DNA from: an uncultured Gemmatimonadales bacterium
Lineage (GTDB): Bacteria; Gemmatimonadota; Gemmatimonadetes; Gemmatimonadales; GWC2-71-9
Direction: 5' to 3'
DNA length: 64,000 bases
Assembly: GCA_963825055.1 (NCBI GenBank)
Contig: CAWGSK010000002.1
Span: 128,001-192,000, forward strand
The position numbers and the translations under genes were made by a program. Below, piece after piece: positions 19,275 through 30,636 of this stretch. Numbering within the stretch: position 1 is the stretch's first letter; every line of letters starts with the position of its first letter. The notes beneath the pieces are model-generated. The model was given only the letters and a program-made list of their open reading frames with translations, did no database searches and was not told where the DNA came from.

Positions 19275-19910
19275 ATGTCACGCTATACCGGACCCAGCTG
19301 CCGCCTCTGCCGGCGCGAAGGGACCAAGCTGTTCCTGAAGGGCACCCGCTGCCTGACCGACAAGTGCGCGGTCGAGCGCCGCGGCTATCCCGCGGGCCAG
19401 CACGGCCCCGCCGGCGCGCGTCGCCGCAAGACGTCCGAGTACTCCAAGCAGCTCCGCGAGAAGCAGAAGGTGAAGCGGACCTACGGCCTGTCGGAGGGCC
19501 AGTTCCGCAGCCTGTTCGAGAAGGTCTCGACCCAGCCCGGCGTCAAGGGCACGAACCTCCTCGTCGCGCTGGAGACCCGGCTCGACAACATCGTCTACCG
19601 CATGGGCTTCGCGTCCAGTCGGAAGGCGGCCCGTCAGCTCATCCGGCACGGGCACATTGAAGTGAACGGAAACAAGGTGGACATCCCGTCTTATCACGTG
19701 CTGCCGAACATGGAGGTCCGTGTGGCCACCACCAGCCGTGAAATGACGAGTGTCCAGGCCGCACTCGAGAGCGCGTCGCGTGGTGCGCCGGTTGCCTGGC
19801 TTTCCGTCAATGCCGACACGATGGCCGGCCGGCTGGTCGAGCGGCCCACGCGGGATGCCATCCCCATCAACGCGCAGGAGCAGCTCGTCGTCGAGCTGTA
19901 TTCGAAGTGA
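19275..19910 (+). CDS. rpsD: 30S ribosomal protein S4
   Basis: MSRYTGPSCRLCRREG, LETRLDNIVYRMGFA, VVELYSK. Confidence 0.98.
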   Translation: MSRYTGPSCRLCRREGTKLFLKGTRCLTDKCAVERRGYPAGQHGPAGARRRKTSEYSKQLREKQKVKRTYGLSEGQFRSLFEKVSTQPGVKGTNLLVALETRLDNIVYRMGFASSRKAARQLIRHGHIEVNGNKVDIPSYHVLPNMEVRVATTSREMTSVQAALESASRGAPVAWLSVNADTMAGRLVERPTRDAIPINAQEQLVVELYSK

Positions 19911-20977
19911 CCATGAGCATTGACCTGACTGGACTCGTCCGCCCGCACCTCGTCGAGATGACCAAGCGCGACGAGCTGCCCTACTACGCCGAATTCCGGC
20001 TGCAGCCGCTCGAGCGCGGCTTCGGCTACACCCTCGGTAACTCGCTGCGGCGCCTGCTGCTCTCCTCGCTCCGGGGCTCGGCCGTCTGGGCCTTCCGCCT
20101 CGATGGCGTGGTGCATGAGCACCAGACGGTGCCGGGGGTGCTCGAGGATATCCACCAGATCATCCAGCGCCTCAAGGCGCTGACCCTGGTGCTGGCCGAG
20201 GACGTGGACGAGGCGACCCTGACCATCCAGTGCGACAGCGCCGGCCCGGTCTACGCCCGTGACATCCAGCCGCACGGCTCGGTCGAGATCGTCAACCCGG
20301 ACCACCTGCTCTTCACGCTCCAGGACGACCGCGAGATCAACGGTGAGTTCTACGTGAACAAGGGCCGTGGCTACGTGGAGTCCGAGCTGCACCAGATCGA
20401 CCGGTCCCTGCCGGTGGACACGGTGCGCATCGATGCCATCTACAATCCGGTCCGCCGCGCCAACTTCCACGTCGCGGAGACGCGCGTGGGCCAGCGCACC
20501 GACTATGACCGCCTGACGGTGAGCGTCGAGACCAACGGCACCATCACTCCTGAGGACGCCGTGGCGTACGCCGCCGCCCTCGCGCAGGAGCACTTCCGCT
20601 ACTTCGTCGAGTTCGGCAAGGTGCCGGTCGCCCGGCCGGAGCCGGCGCAGTCCGAGGACACCAGCGCGCTCCGCGCCCAGCTCGGCCGCCCGATCGACGA
20701 CCTGGGCCTGTCGGTCCGCTCGCTCAACTCGCTCAAGAACTCGAACATCCGCACCCTGGGTGACCTGGTCGCGCTCCAGGAAGAGGAGCTCCTCAAGGTC
20801 AAGAACGTGGGCGAGAAGGCCCTGGGCGAGATCGCCGACGTGCTGCGTCGCGAGGAGCTCAACTTCGGCATGACCTTCGAGGAGCAGGATGGAGAGCTCC
20901 GCGTGGTGGATGCCGGTACGGCGCCGGCCACGACCTCGACGGGCGGAAGCGACGACGCGGGCGACGGGGAGGCCTGA
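19907..20977 (+). CDS. rpoA: DNA-directed RNA polymerase subunit alpha (start 19907 or 19913)
   Basis: PLERGFGYTLGNSLRR, RVGQRTDYDRL, alpha-CTD LSVRSLNSLK. Confidence 0.97.
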   Translation: MTMSIDLTGLVRPHLVEMTKRDELPYYAEFRLQPLERGFGYTLGNSLRRLLLSSLRGSAVWAFRLDGVVHEHQTVPGVLEDIHQIIQRLKALTLVLAEDVDEATLTIQCDSAGPVYARDIQPHGSVEIVNPDHLLFTLQDDREINGEFYVNKGRGYVESELHQIDRSLPVDTVRIDAIYNPVRRANFHVAETRVGQRTDYDRLTVSVETNGTITPEDAVAYAAALAQEHFRYFVEFGKVPVARPEPAQSEDTSALRAQLGRPIDDLGLSVRSLNSLKNSNIRTLGDLVALQEEELLKVKNVGEKALGEIADVLRREELNFGMTFEEQDGELRVVDAGTAPATTSTGGSDDAGDGEA

Positions 20978-21333
20978 TGCGCCACAATCACAAGGGCCGC
21001 CAGCTGTCCCGGACGTCCAGCCACCGGCGGGCGATGCTGAACAACATGGCCGCCAGCCTGTTCGCCCACGGCGGGGTCACCACCACCAGCGCCAAGGCCA
21101 AGGAGCTCCGGCCCCTCGCCGAGAAGCTGATCACCCTGGCGCGCCGGGGCGACCTGCACTCGCGTCGCCTGGTCGAGCGGCGGATCAAGGATCGCATGAT
21201 CCTCGGCCGGCTGTTCAGCGAGATCGGCCCGCGCTTTGCGGCCCGGCCCGGCGGCTACACCCGCATCCTCAAGCTGGGCTTCCGCCCGGGCGATGGCGCC
21301 GACGTGGCGCGCATCGAGCTGCTGGCCGAGTAG
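20977..21333 (+). CDS. rplQ: 50S ribosomal protein L17
   Basis: MRH...HRRAML, KAKELR, RPGGYTRILK. Confidence 0.98.
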   Translation: MRHNHKGRQLSRTSSHRRAMLNNMAASLFAHGGVTTTSAKAKELRPLAEKLITLARRGDLHSRRLVERRIKDRMILGRLFSEIGPRFAARPGGYTRILKLGFRPGDGADVARIELLAE

Positions 21334-21376
21334 TGATCAGGCAGGCGCACCGGCCGGCGCGGGTGACGGGCATGAC

Positions 21377-21404
21377 AAAGGGGACCTCGTGGTCCCCTTT
21401 TTTT
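21377..21404. terminator. Intrinsic terminator between convergent rplQ and rpmB, probably bidirectional
   Basis: AAAGGGGACC-TCGT-GGTCCCCTTTTTTT. Confidence 0.85.
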
Positions 21405-21440
21405 ACGGTCGGAAGGGCGGGCGGGATGCGCGCCCGAACG

Positions 21441-21632
21441 TCAGGCCGGTTTCTTCACCCGGTTGCTCTTGATGCACTGGGTGCAGACCTGCACCCGCCG
21501 CGGGGCCCCGTTCACCTCGACCCGCACGGTCTGGAGGTTCGGGTACCACCGGCGCTTGGTCCGGTTGTTCGCGTGGCTGACGTTGTTGCCCGTGACCGGG
21601 CCCTTGCCGCAGATGGTGCAGACGCGTGCCAT
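21441..21632 (-). CDS. rpmB: 50S ribosomal protein L28
   Basis: [34 protein letters not shown]. Confidence 0.97.
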   Translation of the reverse strand: MARVCTICGKGPVTGNNVSHANNRTKRRWYPNLQTVRVEVNGAPRRVQVCTQCIKSNRVKKPA

Positions 21633-21727
21633 ACTGACGTCCTGAAAGAGTTCCTTGTCCAGAAAACTGCCACAGTCCCTAAAGATAACCTCGGGGCAAT
21701 ACCCGGACAACCGGGAGGGGTGAGCGG

Positions 21728-22693
21728 ATGCCGCGGGCGCTGATTACCGGGATCACGGGCCAGGACGGCTCGTATCTGGCCGAGTTCCTCCTGGAGAAGG
21801 GTTATGACGTGGTCGGCGTGGTCCGCCGCACCAGCCACCACAGCTACGAGCGGATCGAGCCCATCCTCGACCGCATCACGGTGGTGGCGGCCGACCTGCT
21901 CGACCAGCACAGCCTCACCGTGGTCCTGGGGGACACCCAGCCGGACGAGGTCTACAACCTGGCCGCGCAGTCCTATGTGCCGACCTCCTGGAGCCAGCCG
22001 GTCCTGACCGGGGAATTCACCGCCCTGGGCGTGACCCGGATCCTCGAGGCCGTGCGCCTGGCCGCCCCCCGCGCCCGGTTCTACCAGGCAAGCTCCTCCG
22101 AGATGTTCGGCAAGGCGGTGGAGACCCCCCAGAGAGAGTCCACGCCCTTCTACCCCCGCTCGCCGTACGGTGTGGCCAAGGTCTATGGCCACTGGATCAC
22201 CGTGAACTATCGCGAGTCCTACGGCCTCTACGCCGCGAGCGGCATCCTCTTCAATCACGAGAGTCCGCGGCGCGGGGTGGAGTTCGTCACCCGGAAGGTT
22301 ACGGAAGCGGTCGCCCGCATCCGGCACGGGCGCCAGCAGCAGCTCTTCCTGGGCAACCTGGACGCCCGCCGTGACTGGGGCTTCGCGGGCGACTATGTCG
22401 ACGCCATGTGGCGGATGCTCCAGCAGGACCGGCCCTCGGACTACGTGATCGGGACGGGTGAGACCCACTCCGTGAAGGAACTGGTGGAGGTAGCCTTCAG
22501 CCACGCCGGCCTCGACTGGCGCGACTACGTGGAGGTGGACCCCAAACTGGTCCGTCCCGCCGAGGTGGACCTGCTCCTGGCCGATGCCTCCCGCGCCCGG
22601 GAGGAGCTGGGCTGGACACCCACCGTGGGGTTTGCTGACCTGGTCCGCATGATGGTCGACGCCGACCTCGAGCGGCAGCGCGGACGGGCATGA
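21728..22693 (+). CDS. gmd: GDP-mannose 4,6-dehydratase
   Basis: [50 protein letters not shown]. Confidence 0.96.
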   Translation: MPRALITGITGQDGSYLAEFLLEKGYDVVGVVRRTSHHSYERIEPILDRITVVAADLLDQHSLTVVLGDTQPDEVYNLAAQSYVPTSWSQPVLTGEFTALGVTRILEAVRLAAPRARFYQASSSEMFGKAVETPQRESTPFYPRSPYGVAKVYGHWITVNYRESYGLYAASGILFNHESPRRGVEFVTRKVTEAVARIRHGRQQQLFLGNLDARRDWGFAGDYVDAMWRMLQQDRPSDYVIGTGETHSVKELVEVAFSHAGLDWRDYVEVDPKLVRPAEVDLLLADASRAREELGWTPTVGFADLVRMMVDADLERQRGRA

Positions 22694-23619
22694 ACATACT
22701 CGTCACCGGCGCGGATGGCTTTGTCGGAAGCTGGCTGGCCCGGCGGCTGCTGGAGGAGGGCCACTCGGTCTCCGGGACGGTCCGGACCGGCCGGCCCGCT
22801 CCCAACCGGATCCTGGACGACCGGGAGCGCGGGGCGATCAGCTGGCGCGCGATGGAGCTCGGTAATCCCCCGTCCCTCGCCGCCGCCCTGGAGGGCGAGT
22901 GGGATGCCGTTGTCCACCTGGCCGCCGTCTCGGGCTCGGGCGGCGCCGAGCGCGACCCCGCCACGGCCTGGCAGGTCAACGCGGTCGGGACCGCAAACCT
23001 GCTCGGCACCCTGGCGCGGGGGACCCGACGGCCGGTGACGGTGCTCGTGGTGAGTTCGGGCGAGGTGTACGGGGCGGGAGAGCCCCGCCCTCGGCGCGAG
23101 ACCGACCCGGTCGCGCCCCGCTCCGCATACGCCTGGAGCAAGGCCGGCGCCGAACTGGCCGCCTTCTCCCATGACAACCACCGGAATCTCCGCGTGATGA
23201 TCGCACGCCCGTTCCCCCACACCGGCCCCGGCCAGGTGGCCCTCCTCGTGCCCCGCTGGCTGGCGCGCCTCCGGGAAGGGGATGGGGAGGTCCGCATCGG
23301 CGATCCCGGCGCTGTCCGGGACTACCTTGACGTGCGCGACGTGGTGGAGGCGTACCGCCTCCTGCTGGACCAGGGCGAGCCCGGGGCCGTGTACAACGTC
23401 GCGAGGGGCACCGGCTTCACCCTCGGCAGTATCTTCGAGTCGCTGCGGAGCGCGCTGGGATCGGGTGCCCGGCTCGTCGCCCGGCCCGACCCGGCACGGA
23501 CCTGGGACGTGGACCACCTGGTGGGTGATCCCGCCCGACTCACAACCGCCACAGGCTGGACCCCCCGCCTGTCCTTCGAGCAGACTCTTGCGGACATGAT
23601 CGATGCCGAAGCGCACTGA
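22690..23619 (+). CDS. NDP-sugar reductase/epimerase (Rmd-like)
   Basis: [40 protein letters not shown]. Coupled to gmd. Confidence 0.8.
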   Translation: MNILVTGADGFVGSWLARRLLEEGHSVSGTVRTGRPAPNRILDDRERGAISWRAMELGNPPSLAAALEGEWDAVVHLAAVSGSGGAERDPATAWQVNAVGTANLLGTLARGTRRPVTVLVVSSGEVYGAGEPRPRRETDPVAPRSAYAWSKAGAELAAFSHDNHRNLRVMIARPFPHTGPGQVALLVPRWLARLREGDGEVRIGDPGAVRDYLDVRDVVEAYRLLLDQGEPGAVYNVARGTGFTLGSIFESLRSALGSGARLVARPDPARTWDVDHLVGDPARLTTATGWTPRLSFEQTLADMIDAEAH

Positions 23620-26600
23620 CCTCTCCTCCATCCTCCTCATCGGCTCGGGGCCCATCGTGATCGGGCAGGGAGCGGAATTCGACTACTCGGGCACACAGGC
23701 GGTGCGAGCCCTCAAGGAGGAGGGATACCGGGTCATCCTGGTGAACTCGAATCCGGCCACGATCATGACCGATCCCGAACTGGCCGACCGGACCTATATC
23801 GAGCCGGTCACGCCGGAGTGGGTCGCGCGGGTAATCGAACGCGAGCGTCCCGACGCGCTGCTCCCGACCATGGGCGGGCAGACCGCGCTCAACGTGGCGA
23901 TGGCGCTGGTGAAGGACGGCACCCTCGAGCGCTTCGGGGTGGAACTGATCGGCGCGGACGAGCGGGCGATCCGGATCGCCGAGGACCGCGACGAGTTTGC
24001 CCAGGCAATGCGGCGGCTCGGCCTCGCGACCCCGCAGGGCGGCACGATCCGGTCCCTGGAGGAGGCGATGGCGCTGGTGGAGGATATCGGCTATCCCGCC
24101 ATCATCCGGCCGTCCTTCACCCTCGGCGGCACCGGGGGCGGCATCGCCTACAACCGGGAAGAGTTCGAGCGGATGGTCGAGCGGGGGCTCGATCTCTCGC
24201 CGGTCAACTCCGTGCTGGTGGAGCGCAGCATCCTCGGCTGGAAGGAGTTCGAGCTCGAGGTCATGCGCGACGGCGCCGACAACGTCGTGATTGTCTGCTC
24301 GATCGAGAACGTGGATCCGATGGGGGTGCACACGGGCGACTCGATCACGGTCGCGCCCGCAATGACCCTGACGGACCGCGAGTACCAGGCGATGCGCGAT
24401 GCCTCCATCCGGATCATCCGCGAGGTGGGCGTTGCCGCGGGCGGCTGCAACATCCAGTTCGCGGTCAACCCCGCCAACGGCGAGCAGTTGGTGATCGAGA
24501 TGAACCCGCGCGTCTCCCGGAGCTCCGCGCTCGCCTCCAAGGCGACGGGATTCCCGATCGCCCGGATCGGCACCAAGGTGGCGGTCGGCTACACGCTGGA
24601 CGAGCTGCCCAACGATATCACGCGAACGACCCCGGCGTCCTTCGAGCCCGTCCTTGACTATGTCGTCATCAAGATCCCGCGCTTTGCCTTCGAGAAGTTC
24701 CCCGCCGCCGACTTCCGGCTCACCACGCAGATGAAATCGGTGGGGGAGGTCATGGCAATCGGGCGGACCTTCAAGGAAGCGCTGCAGAAGGGGCTCCGCG
24801 GGCTGGAGATCGACCGGACCGGCTGGACGGTCGGGGACACGCCCGCCGACGACCGCCTGGAAGACCTCACGCCGGACACCATCGGCGCCGCGCTCCGTAC
24901 CCCGACCCCGGAGCGGATCTTCCAGGTGAAGCGCGCGTTCGAGGCCGGGATGAGCGTGGAGGAAATCTCCGCCTTCAGCCGGATCGACCCCTGGTTCGTG
25001 GCCCAGATGGAAGAACTGGTCCAGGCGGAGCATGAATGGCTGGCCGTGGACCTGGATGACGACGCGGTGGTGGGCCCCGCGCTCCGGCGCCTCAAGCGTC
25101 AGGGGTTTTCCGACCGGCAGCTGGCCGACCTCCGCGGTCTCCGGGAAGCCGACCTCCGCGCCCGGCGGCATGCCCTCGGCATCCGTCCCGCCTACAAGAC
25201 GGTTGACACCTGCGCCGGCGAGTTCCCCTCGTCCACACCGTACCTGTACTCCTCCTACGACGAGGAGAACGAGGCCGTGGGTGGCGAAGGGCGGCGCACC
25301 GTGGTCATCCTGGGCAGCGGGCCGAACCGCATCGGGCAGGGCGTGGAGTTCGACTACTGCTGCGTGCGCGCGGTGATGGCGTTCCGGGAGATGGGCTTCC
25401 GGACGGTCATGGTGAACTCCAATCCCGAAACGGTTTCCACCGACTACGACATCTCCGACACACTCTACTTCGAGCCCCTCACGCTCGAGGATGTGCTTGA
25501 GATCGTGCACGTGGAGCAGCCCGAGGGCGTCGTGGTGCAGCTCGGCGGCCAGACCCCGCTCAAGCTGGCCCGCGGTCTCGAAGCCGCCGGCGTCCGGATC
25601 CTCGGCACGTCGCCCGATGCCATCGACGCGGCGGAAGACCGCCGCCGGTTCGAGGCGATGGCGCGCGACCTGGGCGTGGCCCAGCCTCCCAGCGGCACCG
25701 CAACGTCGCTGGACGAGGCCCTCGCCGTGGCCGAGCGCGTCGGATACCCGGTGCTGGTACGGCCGAGTTATGTCCTGGGAGGCCGGGCGATGCAGATCGT
25801 CTACGACTCCGACTCGCTCCGCAACTATTTCGTGCAGGCGGTGAAGGCCGCGCCCGAGCACCCCGTGCTGATCGATTCCTTCCTCGAGGATGCGTTCGAG
25901 GCGGACGTGGATGCCATCGCGGACGGCGAGCGGTGCATCATCGGCGGGGTCATGCAGCACATCGAGGACGCGGGGATCCACTCCGGCGATTCGGCCTGCG
26001 TGCTGCCGCCCTACCTGATCACCGAGGAGCAGGTCGAGCAGATGCGGCAGCACACCCGCGACTTCGCGCTGCGGCTCGGCGTGATCGGCCTGCTCAACGT
26101 GCAGTACGCGATTCGCGATGGAATCGTCTACGTGCTCGAGGTGAACCCGCGGGGCTCGCGCACCGTGCCCTTTGTGAGCAAGGCCACCGGCATCAGCTTC
26201 GCCAGCCTGGCCGCGCGCGTCATGGCAGGGCAGTCGCTGGAGGAACTCGGGCTGCACGATGACGTCGTCGCCCCCTACGTCGCCGTCAAGGAGGCGGTCT
26301 TCCCCTTCTCCAAGCTGCCGGGAGTGGACCTCATCCTCGGGCCCGAGATGCGGAGCACCGGCGAGGTCATGGGCATCGCCGACTCCTTCGGGATGGCATT
26401 CGGCAAGGCGCAGGCGAGCGCCGATGGCACCCTGCCGCTGGAGGGCGCCGTCTTCGTCACCGTGAACGACCGGGACAAGCAGACGGTCACGCCCATCGCG
26501 CGGCGGTTCCACGAGCTGGGGTTCAAGGTCTACGCCACGGAAGGCACCGCCCGGCACCTCCGTGCGCGCGGCGTGCCCGCCGAGCGGGTCCTGAAGGTGT

Positions 26601-26869
26601 GGGAGGGCCGGCCCAACGCCATTGATCTCCTGGTCTCCGGACGGATTCACCTGCTGATCAACACGCCCCTCGGAAAGCTCACCCAGCGGGACGACTACGC
26701 GATCCGGCAGGCGGCGCTGACCCACCGCGTCCCGTACACCACCACCATGTCCGCCGCCAGCGCGGCGTGCGACGCGATCATCGCCTTCCGGAGCCGGGAG
26801 CGAGAGGTCCGCTCGCTGCAGGAGTGGCATGAACTGGCGCGGGAGCTTGCGGAGGCCGGCGGCGCATGA
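23603..26869 (+). CDS. carB: Carbamoyl-phosphate synthase large subunit
   Basis: [21 protein letters not shown], duplicated ATP-grasp halves, C-terminal MGS domain. Confidence 0.98.
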   Translation: MPKRTDLSSILLIGSGPIVIGQGAEFDYSGTQAVRALKEEGYRVILVNSNPATIMTDPELADRTYIEPVTPEWVARVIERERPDALLPTMGGQTALNVAMALVKDGTLERFGVELIGADERAIRIAEDRDEFAQAMRRLGLATPQGGTIRSLEEAMALVEDIGYPAIIRPSFTLGGTGGGIAYNREEFERMVERGLDLSPVNSVLVERSILGWKEFELEVMRDGADNVVIVCSIENVDPMGVHTGDSITVAPAMTLTDREYQAMRDASIRIIREVGVAAGGCNIQFAVNPANGEQLVIEMNPRVSRSSALASKATGFPIARIGTKVAVGYTLDELPNDITRTTPASFEPVLDYVVIKIPRFAFEKFPAADFRLTTQMKSVGEVMAIGRTFKEALQKGLRGLEIDRTGWTVGDTPADDRLEDLTPDTIGAALRTPTPERIFQVKRAFEAGMSVEEISAFSRIDPWFVAQMEELVQAEHEWLAVDLDDDAVVGPALRRLKRQGFSDRQLADLRGLREADLRARRHALGIRPAYKTVDTCAGEFPSSTPYLYSSYDEENEAVGGEGRRTVVILGSGPNRIGQGVEFDYCCVRAVMAFREMGFRTVMVNSNPETVSTDYDISDTLYFEPLTLEDVLEIVHVEQPEGVVVQLGGQTPLKLARGLEAAGVRILGTSPDAIDAAEDRRRFEAMARDLGVAQPPSGTATSLDEALAVAERVGYPVLVRPSYVLGGRAMQIVYDSDSLRNYFVQAVKAAPEHPVLIDSFLEDAFEADVDAIADGERCIIGGVMQHIEDAGIHSGDSACVLPPYLITEEQVEQMRQHTRDFALRLGVIGLLNVQYAIRDGIVYVLEVNPRGSRTVPFVSKATGISFASLAARVMAGQSLEELGLHDDVVAPYVAVKEAVFPFSKLPGVDLILGPEMRSTGEVMGIADSFGMAFGKAQASADGTLPLEGAVFVTVNDRDKQTVTPIARRFHELGFKVYATEGTARHLRARGVPAERVLKVWEGRPNAIDLLVSGRIHLLINTPLGKLTQRDDYAIRQAALTHRVPYTTTMSAASAACDAIIAFRSREREVRSLQEWHELARELAEAGGA

Positions 26870-27819
26870 CCGCGCGTGCCCCCGGCTTCATCGCGGAGCT
26901 CCGCGAACGGGTCAGGGGAGAAGTCCGTGAGGGCGAGCCGCTCGCCCGGTACTCCACCTGGCGCATCGGCGGGCCGGCGACGGTCCTGCTGGCGGCTGCC
27001 CCGGAGGACGTCGGCGCCGCGCTCCGCTTCTGCGCGGAGTCCGGGACGCCGTGGTTTGCGCTGGGCCTCGGCAGTAACATCCTGCTCCCCGATGCGGGCC
27101 TCGATGCCCTCGTGATCCGGATGGGCAAGGGGCTGGATGCCGTGCGGCAGGAGGGCGGCGCCTGGTCGCTGGGCGCCGGGCTGCCGGCCCCGCTGGCGGC
27201 CCGGAAAACGGCCCAGGCGGGCTGGGGCGGGCTCCACATGATGGTCGGCGTGCCGGGCAGCGTGGGGGGCGGGGTGTACATGAACGCGGGCTGCCATGGC
27301 GGCGAATGGGCCGCCGTGGTGGAGGCGGTGACGGTCGTGGACGCGTCGGGCCGGGATCGGGTCGTGCTCCGCGCCGACATCCCCTTTGCCTACCGGACCA
27401 GCGGCCTCGAAGGGCAGGTCGTGCTCGAGGCCCGGGTGGCGCTGCATCCCGAGCAGGCGGAGCGGCTCAATGCCGAGGTGGCGGAGCTCTTCCGCTGGCG
27501 GCAGGAGGGAACACCGTTCAACCAGCCATGCTGCGGCAGCACCTTCCGGAATCCGGGAGGTGTCTCAGGCGTGGTGGAGGGCGGGCCGCGCACGGCGGGA
27601 CAGCTGGTCGAGGCCGCGGGGCTGAAGGGCGTCCGTGAAGGAGCGATCGAGGTCTCCCCCATGCACGCCAACTATTTCGTGAATACGGGGGGCGGGACGG
27701 CGGCCGATGCCCGCAGGCTCATCCGCCGCGCGCGCGAGACGGTCCGTGAGCGTTTCGGCGTCGAACTTGAGACGGAAGTGAAAATCATCGGCCCCGAGGG
27801 CCGCTACGAGGCGCCCTGA
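26866..27819 (+). CDS. murB: UDP-N-acetylenolpyruvoylglucosamine reductase
   Basis: [46 protein letters not shown]. Confidence 0.95.
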   Translation: MTARAPGFIAELRERVRGEVREGEPLARYSTWRIGGPATVLLAAAPEDVGAALRFCAESGTPWFALGLGSNILLPDAGLDALVIRMGKGLDAVRQEGGAWSLGAGLPAPLAARKTAQAGWGGLHMMVGVPGSVGGGVYMNAGCHGGEWAAVVEAVTVVDASGRDRVVLRADIPFAYRTSGLEGQVVLEARVALHPEQAERLNAEVAELFRWRQEGTPFNQPCCGSTFRNPGGVSGVVEGGPRTAGQLVEAAGLKGVREGAIEVSPMHANYFVNTGGGTAADARRLIRRARETVRERFGVELETEVKIIGPEGRYEAP

Positions 27820-27837
27820 GCGGCGCGGGAATCCAGC

Positions 27838-28428
27838 ATGTCCGACCCTTTCATCCATGAGTCCGCCTACGTCGACGAGGGTGCCATCATCGGCGCCGGG
27901 TCGAAGGTCTGGCATTTCAGCCACGTCATGCCCGGCGCGGTGATCGGCGAGCGCTGCAACCTGGGCCAGAACGTCGTGGTCATGCCCGGCACCCGCATGG
28001 GCAATAACGTGAAGGTCCAGAACAACGTCTCGATCTACGAGGGCGTCGTGCTCGAGGACGACGTGTTCTGCGGCCCGAGCTGCGTGTTCACCAACGTCGT
28101 GAACCCGCGCAGCCATGTGTCCCGCAAGTCCGAATACCGGAAGACCCTGGTGCGGCAGGGCACCTCGATCGGCGCCAACGCCACCATCGTCTGCGGGGTG
28201 ACCCTGGGCGAGTATGCCTTCATCGGGGCGGGGGCGGTGGTGACCAGCGACGTCCCGGCCTATGCGCTCATGGTGGGCGTGCCCGCCCGGCGGGTGGGCT
28301 GGATGTGCCAGTGCGGGCTCCGGCTGGACGTCCGGGCAGGGCGGGCCGTGTGCGGGACCTGCGGGGCCGCCTACGAGGAGAAGGGCGGGGCACTCCGCCG
28401 CGTTGATTCTCCCTCGGCGGACGGGTAA
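27838..28428 (+). CDS. Hexapeptide-repeat N-acetyltransferase (WbpD/WlbB-like)
   Basis: [47 protein letters not shown]. Confidence 0.9.
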   Translation: MSDPFIHESAYVDEGAIIGAGSKVWHFSHVMPGAVIGERCNLGQNVVVMPGTRMGNNVKVQNNVSIYEGVVLEDDVFCGPSCVFTNVVNPRSHVSRKSEYRKTLVRQGTSIGANATIVCGVTLGEYAFIGAGAVVTSDVPAYALMVGVPARRVGWMCQCGLRLDVRAGRAVCGTCGAAYEEKGGALRRVDSPSADG

Positions 28429-28507
28429 GTTTTCGGGCTGTATTCGAACCCGAACTACCCGGCGGACCGCCCCTGGGGCGGGCCCGGTCTCCCATACGAG
28501 GTTGCCC

Positions 28508-29623
28508 GTGAACGTACCCCTGCTCGACCTGGTCGCCCAGTATCAGTCCATCAAGGATGCCGTCCTGCCAGCCCTCATGGCGGTGGTGGAGCGGCAGGGC
28601 TTCATCATGGGCCCGGAGGTCGCCCGGCTTGAGGAGGAGGTGGCCCGGCTCTCCCACACCCGGCACGGGATCGGCTGCGCCAGCGGCACGGATGCCATCC
28701 TCCTGGCACTCAAGGCCCTGGACTTCGTTCCCGGGGACGAGGTCATCTCGCCCAGCTTCACCTTCTTTGCCACGGCAGGCGCCATCCACAACGCGGGCGG
28801 AACCCCGGTCTTTGTGGACATCGATCCCGACTCGTACAATGTGTCGCCCCGGGCCATCGAGGCGGCCATCACCGACCGTACCCGTGCCATCGTCGTGGTG
28901 CACCTGTTCGGGCAGATGGCCGCGATGGAACAGGTCATGGAGATCGCCGACCGGCACGGCCTCGCGGTGGTGGAGGATGCCGCCCAGGCCATCGGGGCCC
29001 GCCGCCAGATCGACGGCCACTGGCGGATGGCCGGCGAACTCGGCATGGCAGGTACGCTCTCCTTCTTTCCGAGCAAGAACCTGGGCGGCTGGGGCGACGG
29101 CGGGATGATCCTCACCCAGGATGACCTCCTGGCCGGGCGCCTCCGGCGCCTGCGCCTGCACGGCGGGGCGAAGGAATACCATCACGACGAAGTCGGCCTG
29201 AACAGCCGGCTGGACACCATTCAGGCGGCCGTTCTCCTCGCCAAGCTTCCCCATCTGGACGGCTGGAGCGCCGCGCGCCGGGAGCGTGCCGCCCGCTACA
29301 CCGCCGCCTTCTCCGGGCAGGCCGGCATTACGCCGCCGCACGTGGATCCGGCCAATGAGCACATCTTCCACCAGTACACCATCCAGGTGGCCGATCGCGA
29401 CGGACTCGGCCGGCGCCTGAAGGAGAAGGGTATCGGGAGCAAGGTGTACTACCCCCTCCCGCTGCACCTCCAGCCCTGCTTTGCGGGGCTCGGCTACGGC
29501 CCGGGATCGCTGCCGGAAACCGAGGCGGCCATGGACCGCGTCATCTCGCTCCCCATCTTCCCCGAGCTGACCGACGCCCAGCAGGACCAGGTAATCGAGA
29601 CGGTCGTGGAGTTCTGCGGATGA
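28508..29623 (+). CDS. DegT/DnrJ/EryC1/StrS aminotransferase (WbpE-like)
   Basis: VPLLDL, SGTDA, VHLFGQ, EDAAQAIG, SFFPSKNLGGWGDGG, NSRLD. Confidence 0.92.
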   Translation: MNVPLLDLVAQYQSIKDAVLPALMAVVERQGFIMGPEVARLEEEVARLSHTRHGIGCASGTDAILLALKALDFVPGDEVISPSFTFFATAGAIHNAGGTPVFVDIDPDSYNVSPRAIEAAITDRTRAIVVVHLFGQMAAMEQVMEIADRHGLAVVEDAAQAIGARRQIDGHWRMAGELGMAGTLSFFPSKNLGGWGDGGMILTQDDLLAGRLRRLRLHGGAKEYHHDEVGLNSRLDTIQAAVLLAKLPHLDGWSAARRERAARYTAAFSGQAGITPPHVDPANEHIFHQYTIQVADRDGLGRRLKEKGIGSKVYYPLPLHLQPCFAGLGYGPGSLPETEAAMDRVISLPIFPELTDAQQDQVIETVVEFCG

Positions 29624-30636
29624 ACCGTCTTCGCATCGGGGTGGTCGGCGCCGGGTCATGGGGCCGGAACCACCTCCGCACGATTGCCGGGTCGGCCGAG
29701 ACTGAACTGACGGCCGTCTGCGACGCGAATGCCACCGTCCGCGACAAGCTGGCCCGCCAGTATCCGGGCACGCATTTCACCGCCGACCTGGACGACCTCC
29801 TTGGGCGGGTGGATGCGGTCATCGTGGCCACCCCGGCGCGCTCCCACGCCGAACTGGGTATGCGTGCAGTGGATGCGGGGGTGCCGGTGCTGGTGGAGAA
29901 GCCGTTCGCGCTGACCGTTCCTGACGCCGAGAAGCTGGTCCGGCTCTCGGCCGACCGCGGCGTGCCGGTGCTGGTCGGCCACCTGCTGGAGTACCACCCG
30001 GTCGTGGAGCGCCTCCGGGCCATGATCGCGATCGGGGACCTGGGAGAGGTCTACTATCTCTATTCCCAGCGGGTGAACCTGGGGCAGGTCCGCCCGGATG
30101 AAAACGCCCTGTGGAGCTTCGGTCCGCACGACATCTCAGTGGCCCTCTTCTTGCTTGGTGAGGCTCCCGCGTCGGTGGCTGCGCAGGGGCATTCGTATCT
30201 CCAGAAGGGCATTGAAGATATCGTATTCCTCCACATGAACTTCCGCTCGGGAATCATGGCCCACGTGCAACTGTCGTGGCTCGACCCCCACAAGGAGCGG
30301 CGGCTGACTGTGGTGGGCTCGAAGCAGATGGCGGTGTTTGACGACATGGCCGGGCGCGAGAAGCTCCGGATCTACGACAAGGGCGTCGACCGCCCGCCCG
30401 AATACGGATCCTATGGCGAGAGCCTGGCGATCCGGGAAGGCGACATTTCGATCCCGCGGCTGTCCAATGTGGAGCCGCTGGCGGCGCAGTTACGCCATTT
30501 CACGCAGGTGGTCCGGGGGGAAACTGCTCCCCGGGCCGACGCCGCGGACGGCCTCCGCACCGTGCGGGTCCTCGAGGCGGCGAGCCGATCGCTCGCCGCG
30601 GGCGGGTCGCCGGTCTCTGTTGAGGGGATAACATGA
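29620..30636 (+). CDS. Gfo/Idh/MocA oxidoreductase (WbpB/GnnA-like sugar 3-dehydrogenase)
   Basis: GAGSWG, LVEKP, VGHLLEYHP, PHD. Lies between an aminotransferase and a dehydrogenase. Confidence 0.88.
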   Translation: MNRLRIGVVGAGSWGRNHLRTIAGSAETELTAVCDANATVRDKLARQYPGTHFTADLDDLLGRVDAVIVATPARSHAELGMRAVDAGVPVLVEKPFALTVPDAEKLVRLSADRGVPVLVGHLLEYHPVVERLRAMIAIGDLGEVYYLYSQRVNLGQVRPDENALWSFGPHDISVALFLLGEAPASVAAQGHSYLQKGIEDIVFLHMNFRSGIMAHVQLSWLDPHKERRLTVVGSKQMAVFDDMAGREKLRIYDKGVDRPPEYGSYGESLAIREGDISIPRLSNVEPLAAQLRHFTQVVRGETAPRADAADGLRTVRVLEAASRSLAAGGSPVSVEGIT

